The translations under genes and the position numbers were made by a program. Positions 11,608-23,689 of a stretch of 64,000 nt of DNA are shown one piece after another (within the stretch, counting starts at the first letter, position 1; every line of letters starts with the position of its first letter). A model generated the notes under the pieces. The model saw only the letters and a program-made list of their open reading frames with translations, made no database searches and was not told where the DNA came from. The stretch is from Alloascoidea hylecoeti (lineage: Eukaryota), in the NCBI GenBank assembly GCA_001600815.1, contig BCKZ01000016.1, forward strand, positions 175,077 to 239,076, in the 5' to 3' direction.

Positions 11608-12350
11608 TTTTTTTTTTTCAAGTGGCCATTAAGGCTCTATATTAAACTGCTTTTTCTATAAATACTATAGTTATAACAACCAAAAAATTGTGAAAATAAA
11701 AATACCTATTGCTAGGCAAAAATACCTATTACTAATGTTATAAGTTCACTCTTTTTTGAGTAATGTTGTTACATTTTATAGTATTATTGCCATCATTTCC
11801 AACTTCTTACTCAATCAATACGAATAAAGGATGTAATATTTATACATTTTTCCTCTTTTTCTTTTTTTGTCCGTAGCACCTAAGTGATTCAGAACAAAGC
11901 TTTGTGGAGTCCCTTTCAATCATTTTACACCATTGTGATTCTGATAAACTATTCTCCTGTTGATAATATCTTCTGTTGTGATATTTTCCAACCAAAAAAA
12001 CGGTTACCGCTCTTAATATTAAATCTTTTCTTTCCTTATGATTAAAGTCAAGAAAAGATTTCACTTCAGTTTCCTTTTCTTTTAGTTCTATCACTTTTTG
12101 GTTATAGGACCATATTTTCTTTGTAATTTCACATGTAGAGAAAACATGTTCAAAGGATAATTCCAACTTTTAACAGCAAGGACATCTTTTGTCTTTAAGG
12201 TTGTTGTAATAATGTAAAAAAAAATGAACCACTGCAGAATATTTGGTATTCATCTATAACGTTTGATAGATATAGGTTATTTTTGTGGATTGTTTTCCAT
12301 GGCAAACCCCATCAATTGACTCCAATTTTGTAAGTTTTTACCATTTCTTT
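11608..12350 (-). mobile_element. 5'-truncated non-LTR retrotransposon (L1-clade/Zorro-like): ORF2 C-terminal zinc knuckle, 3' UTR, poly(A)
   Basis: Minus strand reads PWKTIHKNNLYLSNVIDEYQIF (frameshift in a T9 run) ...KDKRCPCC*KLELSFEHVFSTCEITKKIW, a CX2CX8HX4C zf-RVT-type motif. Stop at 11840, ~220-nt 3' UTR, poly(A) running into the gap. 5' boundary approximate. Confidence 0.75.
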
Positions 12351-12374
12351 TTAGTTCTAAAAGGAAAAAATATA

Positions 12375-12398
12375 TGCGAACTCTGTGGATCGAACACA

Positions 12399-12440
<42 letters not shown>

Positions 12441-12447
12441 AGTCCGC
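12375..12447 (-). tRNA. tRNA-Phe(GAA), intronless
   Basis: GCGGACTTAGCTCAGTTGGGAGAGCGTCAGACT-GAA-GATCTGAAGGTCCTGTGTTCGATCCACAGAGTTCGCA; T6 terminator follows. Confidence 0.97.
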
Positions 12448-12559
12448 TGGGATTATATCCAACAAAAGATTCCTTTTTACACTTTAGACTATATTACTGT
12501 GATTTCCTCAGAATTTATAGTTTCTAGTTATATAATTTAATAGGAGGTATTTTATTGTC

Positions 12560-12646
12560 AAAATAAAAATAAAAATAAAAATAAAAATAAAAATAAAAAT
12601 AAAAATAAAAATAAAAATAAAAATAAAAATAAAAATAAAAATAAAA
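12560..12646. repeat. (AAAAAT)n microsatellite
   Basis: About 14 copies. Confidence 0.95.
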
Positions 12647-12899
12647 TGAATATGAGAATACAAAAAGAGAAAACAAAAGAGAAATAAAGTAGGAGCGGAG
12701 GTTTTATACTCTTAGAGTGATTTTATCAATTTAATAATTTTTTAGTTAGAAGGTTTAAATTATTTAGATATATATATATGTAAAGTTTAAAAAAAAATGA
12801 GACGTCACCACAATATTAAATGTATAGTAAAAACTTATGATTGTTCCAATTGATTTAAAACAACTTTTTTTTAAATTTAAAATTCTCCAAGCTCTAGAA

Positions 12900-13200
12900 G
12901 TAGTGTATGATTTAATAGACTTGGGAATATAAGTGACTAAATAATTTAAAAAAATAGCCGAGTAAATTTTAAGCAAGTTACGCATATGCATGCTAAGCAT
13001 TTTTTGGATATGCAGGGATACTATCACAAACTTTAAATGAAATAGACCTGGGGAATTTTAATGTTTAAATCTTTGAGAAAATAAAACAATGCCATAAAAA
13101 AAAAATTAAAAAATTAAGATTAATGGTGGTTTAGACTTAATAACAGTAGATCAGAATCTGAGGGTTGGGGCTGCCTTCAAAGTTCGAATTCAATATTAGA
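12900..13200 (+). mobile_element. Possible older LINE ORF2 relic
   Basis: IKINGGLDLITVDQNLRVGAAFKV resembles the GGLGL motif downstream of L1-clade RT domains; heavily decayed. Confidence 0.3.
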
Positions 13201-13469
13201 TTATTATAATGGACTATAAATCCATTAGTATCTACAATAAAACTACCCTTTACCATCTACTATAGGTAATAAGACTATATATTAAGATCCAGATCTGGTA
13301 ATAAACACTATTACCTAAACAAGGATATAATAACGTTAACAGATATATTTACATATATGACAAATTTATTCTTTTTCTATTAAATATACTTTCTTCTATA
13401 AATAAAATATAAAAAACTACTGTTTTCCCTTAGAAAACGATAGCGTTTTAATATACTTATATGTCAATG

Positions 13470-14130
13470 TTCAACTTCAAATACGTCTAATAATTCCACA
13501 GATTCTGGAATCGAACTGAGCATCTCAACAATTGAGAAACACCCGCAACATCGTACATTAAAAACCACGTAAGACCCCTTTTGTAAAAACACGCATACGT
13601 AATATTTTCGGCATGTAAAAGGTCTTATCAAAGACTCCTTGTAGTATAAGGACATCTGATTCCGTGTGTCTTATGGCATGGGCTAGAACTTGGAAGGGAA
13701 GATTCACTGTATAGAGGGGTTCCTAGTAGCAGAAAAAAAGGATTTACCACATGTTAACATAAGTTATACAACGTTCGTAAGAGGCCTCTGGTGGCAATGA
13801 TGAGGGTGGAATATTCAAGCTGGATAACAGACCTATCTATAAAGCCAGAATCACAATGAATTGGTTTCGTGAGAAAAGGATAGAGGTGTGAGAGTTTTTT
13901 TCACTGGATCTGAATCTAATTGAGCACATGGGAACCCTTCATAAAATAGTTCACTTGAAGACTGGAATTGAGATTATGCGCCTTCCACATGGTTCATACA
14001 AGAAGAAAGATGTATATTTTAAGTCTTTTTCAAAAGTGGGGCTAATGTAGACCAGGATATCATTGATTGACACCCTGCCTCGTAGGTGGTGGCCGTCTAT
14101 GACGTTAAAGGGGCAAACACTAAATACTAA
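13470..14130 (+). mobile_element. Tc1/mariner transposase pseudogene (DD34E-type)
   Basis: GIFKLDNRPIYKARITMNWFREKRIEV*EFFSLDLNLIEHM and terminal TLPRR...DVKGANTKY* (stop ends 14130). Confidence 0.85.
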
Positions 14131-15706
14131 TTTTAAAATGTTATTTTGTATAGCCTAATAGAATATCTAAAACAGCGCATTATGGGCTATTTTAAGAGCC
14201 GTTTGAGGTAATGTAAAATTTTTGATGTCTGGGGTTATAATATTGCCATTTTCTTACTGATTTATGGGTATCTGAAGTCCCTCCTAAATTGCCCATCTGT
14301 CTACCGAAATGTGGTACGCAAGTCCGCTGATTGTTTTCGGGTCTATCGATTATTTTCTATATTACCAAAAGTCATTGTCGTGATCTAGTTGGAAACCTAC
14401 CGGTTACCGGAACACGACAGTAGTCATTTGACTCATTACTTAAACTGTGTTGTATGCATATAGGCCTATATCTCTAACTAGTAACCAATACTCCTTCAAC
14501 AATATAATATTATATACATATGTATGTTTGTTCCTCTAGTCAGCCTTAATCTCAAATCGAAACCTGCAAATATGAGTGGTAATGCAATTATTGTTGAACC
14601 TGATAAGAACAGAAAATATTAATTCTCGAAAGCTTATTTTTTATTAATAATAAAAAACGTGAAAGGCTCAAATCAACAAAAGAAAGACAGAAAATATAAG
14701 AATCATCAGTTATCTCTTATTGGTAATATTTAAACAGCTCACCGGAAAGGGCGATGTCATTATTTGAATTTAATTATACGGTATTATACAAAGAAGAGTT
14801 AGAGTGAGATAGCGAGAAAAACACACTAGAATCTTAAAAGTTACTAGAGAAAAACCAAATTGCCTAAAACACTAATTTTAATAGCTATCTATAATAACCG
14901 TAAATACGATCTATATATAGCATAGTCGTTAAATGGGGCATAAACATATTTACTTTTAATTAAAGTTTTAAAGAAATAATCGCCAAACGTCGCATCTTGA
15001 TCATAGCCCAATTAAACAAGCTTGAGTAGGTAATAATAGGTAATATGTATCGTTAGTTATGACATTAACCATTTTTAGAATGATAAGTTATGTGCATCTG
15101 GGGTACTATAGTTTCATCCAATACCAGAGATTATTATTATATCTCGATTGATATAATTATTAGGCTTATTATTGAGCTGATATATTGGTATCCAATGTTG
15201 ATACTAACTTGACAGTGATTGTCATTCTATTTTCAATTAGAAATTCACATTAGCGTGATATCGGTTAAGATAGGGTTCTGCAACTTAAACTTACTTGGAA
15301 ATAAAGTAGTCCTTTTACTGAGTAAATAAACAAGTTAACCCTTGCTAAGCCTTGCCAAGATAAAATAAAGGTGGAATGCTAATAATGCCAAACTTTCACA
15401 ACAATTGCGATGTATGATGAGCTAGTATTAAATCTACTAATATACCTCGCCGCAAAACTCAAAGATCTCATCTCGCATAATATTGTTAACGTTAAATACA
15501 TTATAGTTGGGGAATATCAAACTTACTTATAGTTTTGTGGTACATTCTCACTCATTGGTTGTAGCACTATGTATGTTCTTCTTACTCGGTGATATTGAGG
15601 AAGCTGACGTGTTTGTACCTGGAATACGGTTCAAAATACATATATAAACAGGCTTATTCCACTTTTTCCAATCATACAAATATCATTATTTCAATTTAAT
15701 TTCACT

Positions 15707-15979
15707 ATGAGAGTTCAATTATCATCAATCTTTTTGTCAATTTACTTTGCAGTTGCCGTCTTTGCAGCCTCATCAGCAGTCAGCAGTAAAGCATCATTGG
15801 TCAGCAGTCACGCATCTTCTGTTAAAACATCTATTTCAAGTGTAGCCTCCAAATCTGCTTCCGCTTCCAAATCTGCCTCCAAATCCGGATCTAAATCAGG
15901 TGCTCCAGCTAACTCTGCTTCTGTTATGGCAGTTGGACTCGTTTCACTTTCCGTCATTTTAGGATTGGCTGCTTGTTAA
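15707..15979 (+). CDS. Small Ser/Ala/Lys-rich secreted protein, probably GPI-anchored
   Basis: Signal peptide, SKSA repeats, SG-A omega-like site, hydrophobic C-terminus; TATATAAA at 15641. Confidence 0.8.
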   Translation: MRVQLSSIFLSIYFAVAVFAASSAVSSKASLVSSHASSVKTSISSVASKSASASKSASKSGSKSGAPANSASVMAVGLVSLSVILGLAAC

Positions 15980-16341
15980 TGGTATTAAAATATCAAATTT
16001 TGAATCAATGAAAATGTTGTGGTTGCTATATTATATTTCTGGAGTTGAAATCTGGTCTGGAAATATTACATTTATTGGATTATAATTATAAATAGCTTTT
16101 TTTAGGTAACTGGTATATTTATTAAATTCTATAATATACTCTTTTTATACTACATGCTTACAGTGATTCAGGCAGGCCTCCATATCTATAAGAATTTGTA
16201 TATGTTTGTACTAAATATATAATAACGTTAATGTTTAAGTGTTCCTTGTACGGTATGTACATGTAGGTTTACAACTTACACCTTCATCTTGGAAAATTAA
16301 TATTGACCTCACTTTCATACATTCAGTTGAACGCAACAGTC

Positions 16342-17214
16342 ATGGTGGGGTCCACATCAAATTCAGAGGCACTTCATCCGGCAATATCGAAACTGCTCAA
16401 AGATCTCACTCCGAATCCTTCACAAAAAAACTTGATTGAAGTGAAGAAACACTACACCGACATAGATGTCATCTCCATACTCATCAACCAACTCCTACTG
16501 AATCACTATCCTCTCAAGTTTCTCATATTCAATCCAGACGCGATAGAGCCACAGATATGGCTTTTTGAGAATTTCAAAAGGCTGACCATTGAGCTTAACT
16601 TCTTGTTGGCTGAACTGATAAATCATGGTTGTATGGAAACCTGTCCGCAAATGGTTATAGAGAAATATGAGACTACAAATGAAACCTCATCTAAATTAAA
16701 AACTTTTATCAAATCGGGATCAACAACAGGAGATGAGTGGAATGATTCCGAACGATCGAAAATAAAACGTCGTGCGAAAGAAGTTATTCTTAATCCTATA
16801 GGAGATTCAACAAGCCATCAATCAGCCATCGAATACTGTTCAAGCGTCCTAGATACTTCAATGGATCTGATATCTACCCATCAACTTGAGTATAATTCAT
16901 TATCTAAGGTTGGCGTAAAACCAAAACTCATTTCAAACCGACAACTCATTATAATTTTTAAACGATTCATTAACATTCTCAAACATTCGTGGTACAAACA
17001 CTCAGAAATTTTTGAAGACCCAGAAAATTTCACTTCGCTCTACCTACGACTACTAGGGATCGGGCACAAGTTCAAAATATTTTTACCTAATGATGATAGT
17101 ATTTATTTTGGGCCTTACAAAGATATAAAAGAAGCTGGTGAATTGGGGCTTGATCTCAACACTAAGTTTGACTATGGACATCAATTGCAACAATATTTGG
17201 ATGGCATTGAATGA
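16342..17214 (+). CDS. MOB-family protein of phocein/MOB4 (fungal MOB3) type
   Basis: IWLFENFKRLTIELN, CMETCPQM, SAIEYCSSVLD and FKRFINILKHSWYKHSEIF align with phocein motifs; first ATG at 16342. Confidence 0.7.
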   Translation: MVGSTSNSEALHPAISKLLKDLTPNPSQKNLIEVKKHYTDIDVISILINQLLLNHYPLKFLIFNPDAIEPQIWLFENFKRLTIELNFLLAELINHGCMETCPQMVIEKYETTNETSSKLKTFIKSGSTTGDEWNDSERSKIKRRAKEVILNPIGDSTSHQSAIEYCSSVLDTSMDLISTHQLEYNSLSKVGVKPKLISNRQLIIIFKRFINILKHSWYKHSEIFEDPENFTSLYLRLLGIGHKFKIFLPNDDSIYFGPYKDIKEAGELGLDLNTKFDYGHQLQQYLDGIE

Positions 17215-17360
17215 TAGTTTATTGCATATTATAAAATGTAGATATTTTGAAATAATATAATAAATGTGCAATAGAAAAGAAAGCAGTTTATAAAAAAAGA
17301 TTGTAGAATGGAATGAATATTTACCAATAATAACTTAAAGATTAATAAGTCGCCTTTTGT

Positions 17361-17368
17361 CCGGGTAA
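17361..17368 (-). promoter_or_regulatory. Reb1-type site TTACCCGG; also at 25996, 28293, 29952 and 51738
   Basis: Exact motif upstream of UPS1, NOP56, PBA1/YKE2, COQ9/SFA1 and VPH1. Confidence 0.65.
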
Positions 17369-17485
17369 CCGTATGATTTTTGAAAGATTTAAACCTTCCA
17401 ATTCTTTATTACAAATTGAAGGATTTTTTTACTCCTTAACTTCTTTACTCCCCAACGGTTCACTTGAGAATAAAATCATCACAAA

Positions 17486-18473
17486 ATGGTTCTTTGGTAT
17501 AACAATGGTCATAATTATGAGTATGTCCTTAAACTATTCATATGAAATATTTCCCCACCCCCTCTTTGATCGAGGCAAAAGGTATTAAAAGAACAAGTCG
17601 ACTAATCTCTTTAAATTTTTTCTTCTTCTTCTTCATTTAAATAGCTTTAATTTTGCCACAGTTTCTTTGGCCTATTTTAACAGATATCCAAAGTAAGTAT
17701 TATTGATTATTTTTCAGCTTGTGGATCTTGAGATCCCATGATTAGATTAATATGTCAAAGGAAGTCCAACTAACGATTGCTTTTTAAATTATTCAAGCCC
17801 TTATTCAAGACATGTTATTTCTGTTGATACCATTGATAGATTTGTGGATGAAGATGGAAAACTTCATACGGTTCGCCTAGTAATGAAGACAGGTCGGCTA
17901 CCGAAATGGATTAAACCTCTTCTTGGAAGTAAAATAACTTCAAGTTGGATCATTGAAAGAACGATAGTAGATCCAAAAGAACGCACAATGCATACATATA
18001 CTAGAAACCTTGATCATACGAAAGTTTTGCGAATTGAGGAATACAATATTTACAGATGCAATTCCTTTAAGGAGAAACCACTTAAACCGTCCGATCTAAT
18101 AGAAACCATAGCTTCTGGTGAACAATCACCCCTGCGAAGCAATCCCACAAATCCAAAGAAACCTTGGGCATCCCTGTTCAGTAGAAGTGATCGTTCAACC
18201 TTACAGCAAAATATAAAAGATCATATTTCGGATGTTGAGGATGATTCAACAGTGTCTGTTACACAGCATGTAAAGATCAGTTCTAATTTAGGACGTTGGG
18301 GGATTAAAGACCGAATCGAGAAATGGAGTCATCAAAGATTTAGTGACAATATAAGCAATTCTCGAAGAGGCATGTTTTTTGTAATGAATATGATGAAAGA
18401 GGCCGGTTATAATGGATTTAGGCTGTATCAAATGAATTCAGTTACTCAAAACATTACCATGGCGAATCAGTAA
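17486..18473 (+). CDS. UPS1: PRELI/MSF1 lipid-transfer protein Ups1; exons 17486-17520, 17645-17692, 17798-18473
   Basis: Spliced start MVLWYNNGHNYDFNFATVSLAYFNRYPNPYSRHVISVDTI; TYTRNLDH motif; introns GTATGT..TAG and GTAAGT..AAG. Confidence 0.9.
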
Positions 18474-19389
18474 AAATCGATATCGATATCATGATCATAC
18501 TTTGGCACTCAGAAATTGAGAAAGATAATATTTTATTATAATCAGCACTTAAGTTGTAAATAGACTGTCATTCTTTTGAGTGCAACTCATCTTTATTATT
18601 TATCTTTCGCATGTTTTTATCTTATAATTATACATTTATGATTGCATTTAATGACTTTGACTATTCTTTTTATCAGCCATGATTAACTATTTTTTATGTT
18701 TCTACAGTGAAATACAACTTAATTTACTTTTCAAGTATTCATGAAAACAGGATTTATCGTATGATTATTAGCTAGTGTTGTTTATATGCAATGATGATTC
18801 GAATTGAATTATGAAATAGACTAGAATTTGTAGTCAATGTTAGCATTTAGGTCACCTCAATTATAATTAACTGTCAAACTTATAATTTTCAGCTCAATGA
18901 ATCATTTAAAAAAATATATATACTTTTGAGACTTCCATTTTTATTGTACTCAAACCCGGGTGAAAACATACAAAACTTCCGGAAAATACTGGTACACATG
19001 TCACAATACTAAACAACTTACTCTATGATATGCTATGGCAAATAATTACACTTTGTATAGACTATGGGCCTATAGTACCCTATACCATTATTAATCAAAC
19101 TTAATGTTTAGTTCCCTATGTAATTAAAAGAAGTTTGACTTTTATAAATTAAGCACCACCAATAGGACTTTTTAATTATATGAAGCCGAGCAAAAATAAA
19201 CGAGAAGTAAAATTGTCATAAATTATAAATTATAGAGTTGTCTACTTATCCAACTTCTAATCTTATCGTGAAAAATCCCAAAGATAAATAAAAAAATATA
19301 CAAAACTTTCTATATAATACGATATGTCCCAAATTGCAAAACCACTACCACTACTACTACTTCTTTTTCTTCTTGTCATTTTCTTTGTA

Positions 19390-21868
19390 TTAAGCAAAAC
19401 AAATGTTCCATCCAAAGTTTTTAATGACTTGTGTATAGTCAATCCATTTATTTCCAATTGGGTCCATCATCCATATTTCCTCAACTATTACTTTTGAGCG
19501 TTCTACATTACGTGCTTTATATCTACTACACAGCTGTGCAAAGCGAGCCCTCATTCCGTCACGCTGCTCATTACCAACAGCATTAATACCAGCGATAAAT
19601 AAAGAGAAACACAAACCTCCTTCCACTGGAGTCCCTAGTGTTACATCCAATAGAGATATCAAATCTGCCATAAGGCATTGAATTTCTAAGGACATTGGAC
19701 ACAATCGAAGAACAGCTTGGCGCAAATAGATTTTGACCGCCAATTGTAACAATTCAAATAATGATAACTGCCACTCAACCTCTTGTTGAGATAAAGATAT
19801 CATATCGATTGGATTTGGTCTTGCTGAATCGATCTTAGCTTCTAAGTTGGAAGCTTGTCTGATTATATTTTCTGTAACCTCCTTTTTCTCTTGTATTGAC
19901 ATTCGTCTTACAGACTGAGAATTATTTCTAGGTGAACTGAACTGAGCATGAATTTCTCTATATTCTGCAGCTAACTGTGTTATTTCTGCTAAAAATTGAT
20001 AAATAAGTTTAGAGCAACCATGCAATGGATCCATTCCATAAGTTTCATCATTAAGTAATTCATCATAACTTTCAATATTAAAATAAGCCCCATTATTTTC
20101 TGAAGTTGATGATAACACATGATGATATGTGAAATTTCCAATTAACCATCTTAGATCCCGAGATTTTCGAAACGCTTTATATCCTCCTTTTGATTTAATT
20201 ATTTCACCTGCTCTTGATAAATAATTCCTCCATTTTTGAACATCGCCTCGGCAAAGTTCACCACCTATTAGAATTAAAAAAGTAGCCAGCCTTGTAGACG
20301 AGTCTTCTATAGTCTCATTTTTAAGTTCCATTTGAGATCTGTTCTTATTTACCAGTGCTAGAGCGTTCGATGCATATTCTACACCAATATCTTCTAATTC
20401 AGGCCTTGCCACACTGGCATGGAAGGCACCCCATGATATAATGCTATACATTATTGCAGGACTAACGGTTGCCATGGGCAGGAAGACTTTTAGATAGAAA
20501 TTTGAACTCTCTGGAGCAATGCAGATTTCGCGTGCAACAACGTTTTTGAAGTAATCCATCCATCTAAGACCCGAAGAATCTAAATGAACTTGGTAAGGAT
20601 TAGGTTGGTTTATTAGTGAAAGTTTGTATTGTTGTGAAGCCCCTTGCTCCTTTTGGGTGGGTGTACTTCTTGGAGGACCAGACATAAATGCTTGATGTGG
20701 GTGGAACATTGAATTTGAATCCTGAACAAGATGATCTGTGAGTTCATTGCCATGAGTAGTTGGATAATAATCAAACTCAAATTGTTTTGCTATATCAGCG
20801 AATTTGGCTTGGGTTGTTAGACTAATATCGTTAGTTACAACAGTGGTTTGAACAGTTGAGGGTTGCAAGTTAGAATCATCTCTTTCCCCCAATTCGTAGA
20901 TCTTATTAGAAGGGTGATTATGAAAGACTTGTAAACTAACTGCCTCATCGTCATCCATCAACAACTTAGATAGTTCATCGAGAGTGTTTGGAGACAATGT
21001 CATTGAGGAGTAAGATAGGGATTGAGATGTTGTAGCTGCAATTGTAGATGCCGTTGTAACTGGAGTTGTGTTTTCAGTTACGACAGGTATCGATGCCGAA
21101 GTGGAAGGCAGCTGTTGTTGCTGAGGCTGAGAGTGGTAGTTATTGCTTTCTGTGTCTAAAGGAGCATAGTCAGCATCAACATCAGTATCACTTTTGGATA
21201 TGGATCTGGACCTTGGTGGTAAGAATTTGACCCTTTTGGTGGCGATCACGGAATCATCTGTGGTGTAAGACTCCCCCCTTTTAAGGGTAGGATAATATAC
21301 ATTTGCAGTTGGATTTGCTTCTGGACTGGTCGAGTTTGATGCTGGGGCCGCCCCCGACTGCGGAGAACCTGATGGTGATGAGGGGATGGAGTCTATCGCA
21401 CCCTTTTGAGCTGCCATTTTGTGTTCAAGGTTATTTGCGTCGTTTTTGTTTTGAGTCCTCTTCTTGTTGCGACGTTCTGTGCCAGGCTGGGGCCATTCAC
21501 ATACTTTTCCCAGTCGCTGGCAGTCTCCGCATATCGGATGGACTTCATTGCATCGTTTTCTAATGGCAGAGTTAGTATCTGAAGTTAACTGTATATTTAC
21601 GGGTTATATATGTATTAAAAACTCACTTCCTTCGCTTACACGTCAAGCATCCATAGCGAGAACGTTTGGACGGCTCCTGGAGAACAGAAAAAATCGCCGT
21701 GGGATCACTGGAGTTAAGGGCCGCTGGGTCGAGAACAAGAGGCTTCGTCGGGTCTATTGTGGTGTTTCCATAGCTGACAGCGGTCGATTGAAGGCCTTTT
21801 CTAGAGTTGGTGGTGCTGCCATCGCCACTGGCATTGCCACTACTCGAGAAGTCAAGCAACGAGAGCAT
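19390..21868 (-). CDS. UGA3: Zn(II)2Cys6 transcription factor with fungal-specific TF domain (Uga3-like); intron 21560-21626
   Basis: Splicing (GTGAGT..TACTAAC..TAG) restores SRYGCLTCKRRKKRCNEVHPICGDCQRLGKVC and joins the 675-aa ORF. Symbol rests partly on proximity to SFA1 as in S. cerevisiae. Confidence 0.7.
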
Positions 21869-22483
21869 TTTGGACGACAGTTAGGGAGAAGAAAAGAGAT
21901 GAGAGGTCGGGAAAATCGTGACAGGCAGGATCGCCAGCCGGACTGGAAAATTATGCTGGTTAGTGTGTGTGCATGGAAGATACAGTATTGATATGTATCT
22001 GCTCCCTCCACCGCACTGTTTCACTATCGTCCCATTCAGAATCTTTATCCGTCCACCAATCTCTAATCAGCCGTATAATCCTATCTTCAACACTTGATTA
22101 CCTGTCCTAATCTTTCATTAATATTTTATTACTCAACCCTTAATAAAACTCGTAATTAAATTTAAAGTCTTTTTTTCACTCTCATTTTATCATCATGCAA
22201 TATTAATTGCATAATTTAATTTTCCAACATCTAGGTCACAGAGTTAATACTAACTGGAATGCTTACATACATAATATTGTATTTAAATACACCTAAAATA
22301 ATGGATTTGGTCTGTCACCGATTGACATTTTAAAATGCTGTTGTAAATATACATAATGATATTATAAGTTATAATTGAATATGTTCATATGACAATGTTG
22401 GCCTCGGCGTTTATAACCTTTTCTCATGTATTATTCGGGCAATCACCAATTAATACGGGAGATATATGATACACTTTAATTTT

Positions 22484-22900
22484 CTAATCTTTTGATATCT
22501 TTTGCTTATTCTTTACTGTCCCAACAACATCATCTGTCAATTAATCTGTAAATGTACTCCTCGATTAATGCTTTTCATTACCATGTACATTTATATTTTG
22601 CCCTTAATTTTATAATCTTTTTTTATCTCTTTCTATCCAGCAGTGCTAGGCTGCTAGCATCATCCAATTCGACATCTTCCTTGATTTTCTTAGCCACCGT
22701 TAGATCTTCAGGAATATTTGGAACTATTTAAATCCGCATAAAGTTTTATAGAGATCTTCCGACGAAGTTTAGCTGTGATGAAGTTATTCACTATTTTACG
22801 AAACATCCCTACTTCAATAAATTTAATGTACGAAAATCTAAAAAATTATCAATACGATTCAATGCAAAAAGCAATGGAAGCATTGTATGGCGAAGTAGTA
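22484..22900 (-). pseudogene. Decayed tandem copy of the NOP56 3' region
   Basis: IPEDLTVAKKIKEDVELDDA vs Nop56 MPDDLTVTKDIKEDVEMEDA; RIDNFLD vs RIDSFSD; both end SKD*; stops and frameshifts present. Confidence 0.8.
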
Positions 22901-23689
22901 ACTGCCATAACTATATAGTAAGAAGTGAGTAAAGTAAACTAAGTAAGGAAAGAAATACAAAATACGATCGTTACTTAATACTAAAACAATTTGCGCACTT
23001 TTACAGTATAATTCACTACGACGCATGCGTATAGGTAACTTACCTACTGTGAAGCACATTATCTCTCCACTATAAGCCAATGGGTATGTCGGTTTCACTT
23101 CCTGATAAATCTAAGCTTCACATTATTTCTTTCTATCTATTCTTTGCTGCTAAATAAACATCTCTGGATACTCAAGAGTTGGGAAATGCCAGTGGGATGT
23201 GGGATGTGGGATGATCAAGAGAAAATCAAAAATTTTGAAAAATGAATGAATTAAAAAAGATATAAACCTTTGTAAATTTATAGATCAGAGGTTCCGTCTC
23301 AGATGCTCTATTATAGCAACTCTTCTGTGCCTTTTTGGCCTTTAATTAAATTGATTTTATTTCTTCGATCATTTCCGTTACTGGACCAGGAGCGATTCCA
23401 ACGACTGCCACTACGTGCTTACCAAAGGCTTTATCATATTGTAGGTAATATATTCATATATCAAAACACAATCTGATAATCGAGTATAGTTCCTACCTGT
23501 TCACCTCCTCCATATGTTGAGTCTTAGTCGCCTCATCTTTATCCGCTGGCATCACAAGCTCTATGATTAACCGTACGCTTTCTTCATGAGTGGCTTTCTC
23601 TAGTGGCAAGTCACCTTCTAGGTTTCTTTTGAGCATCCAGAATGTTTCCCTTATTAGCTTGTTAAGGAGAACCGACGGCTGTAGTGGGT

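Noticed and set aside
11264..11740. Duplicated 122 nt around the N gap as a pure assembly artefact
   Set aside because: Three mismatches, different flanks and an intervening tRNA favour two insertions, though a haplotype artefact is not fully excluded.
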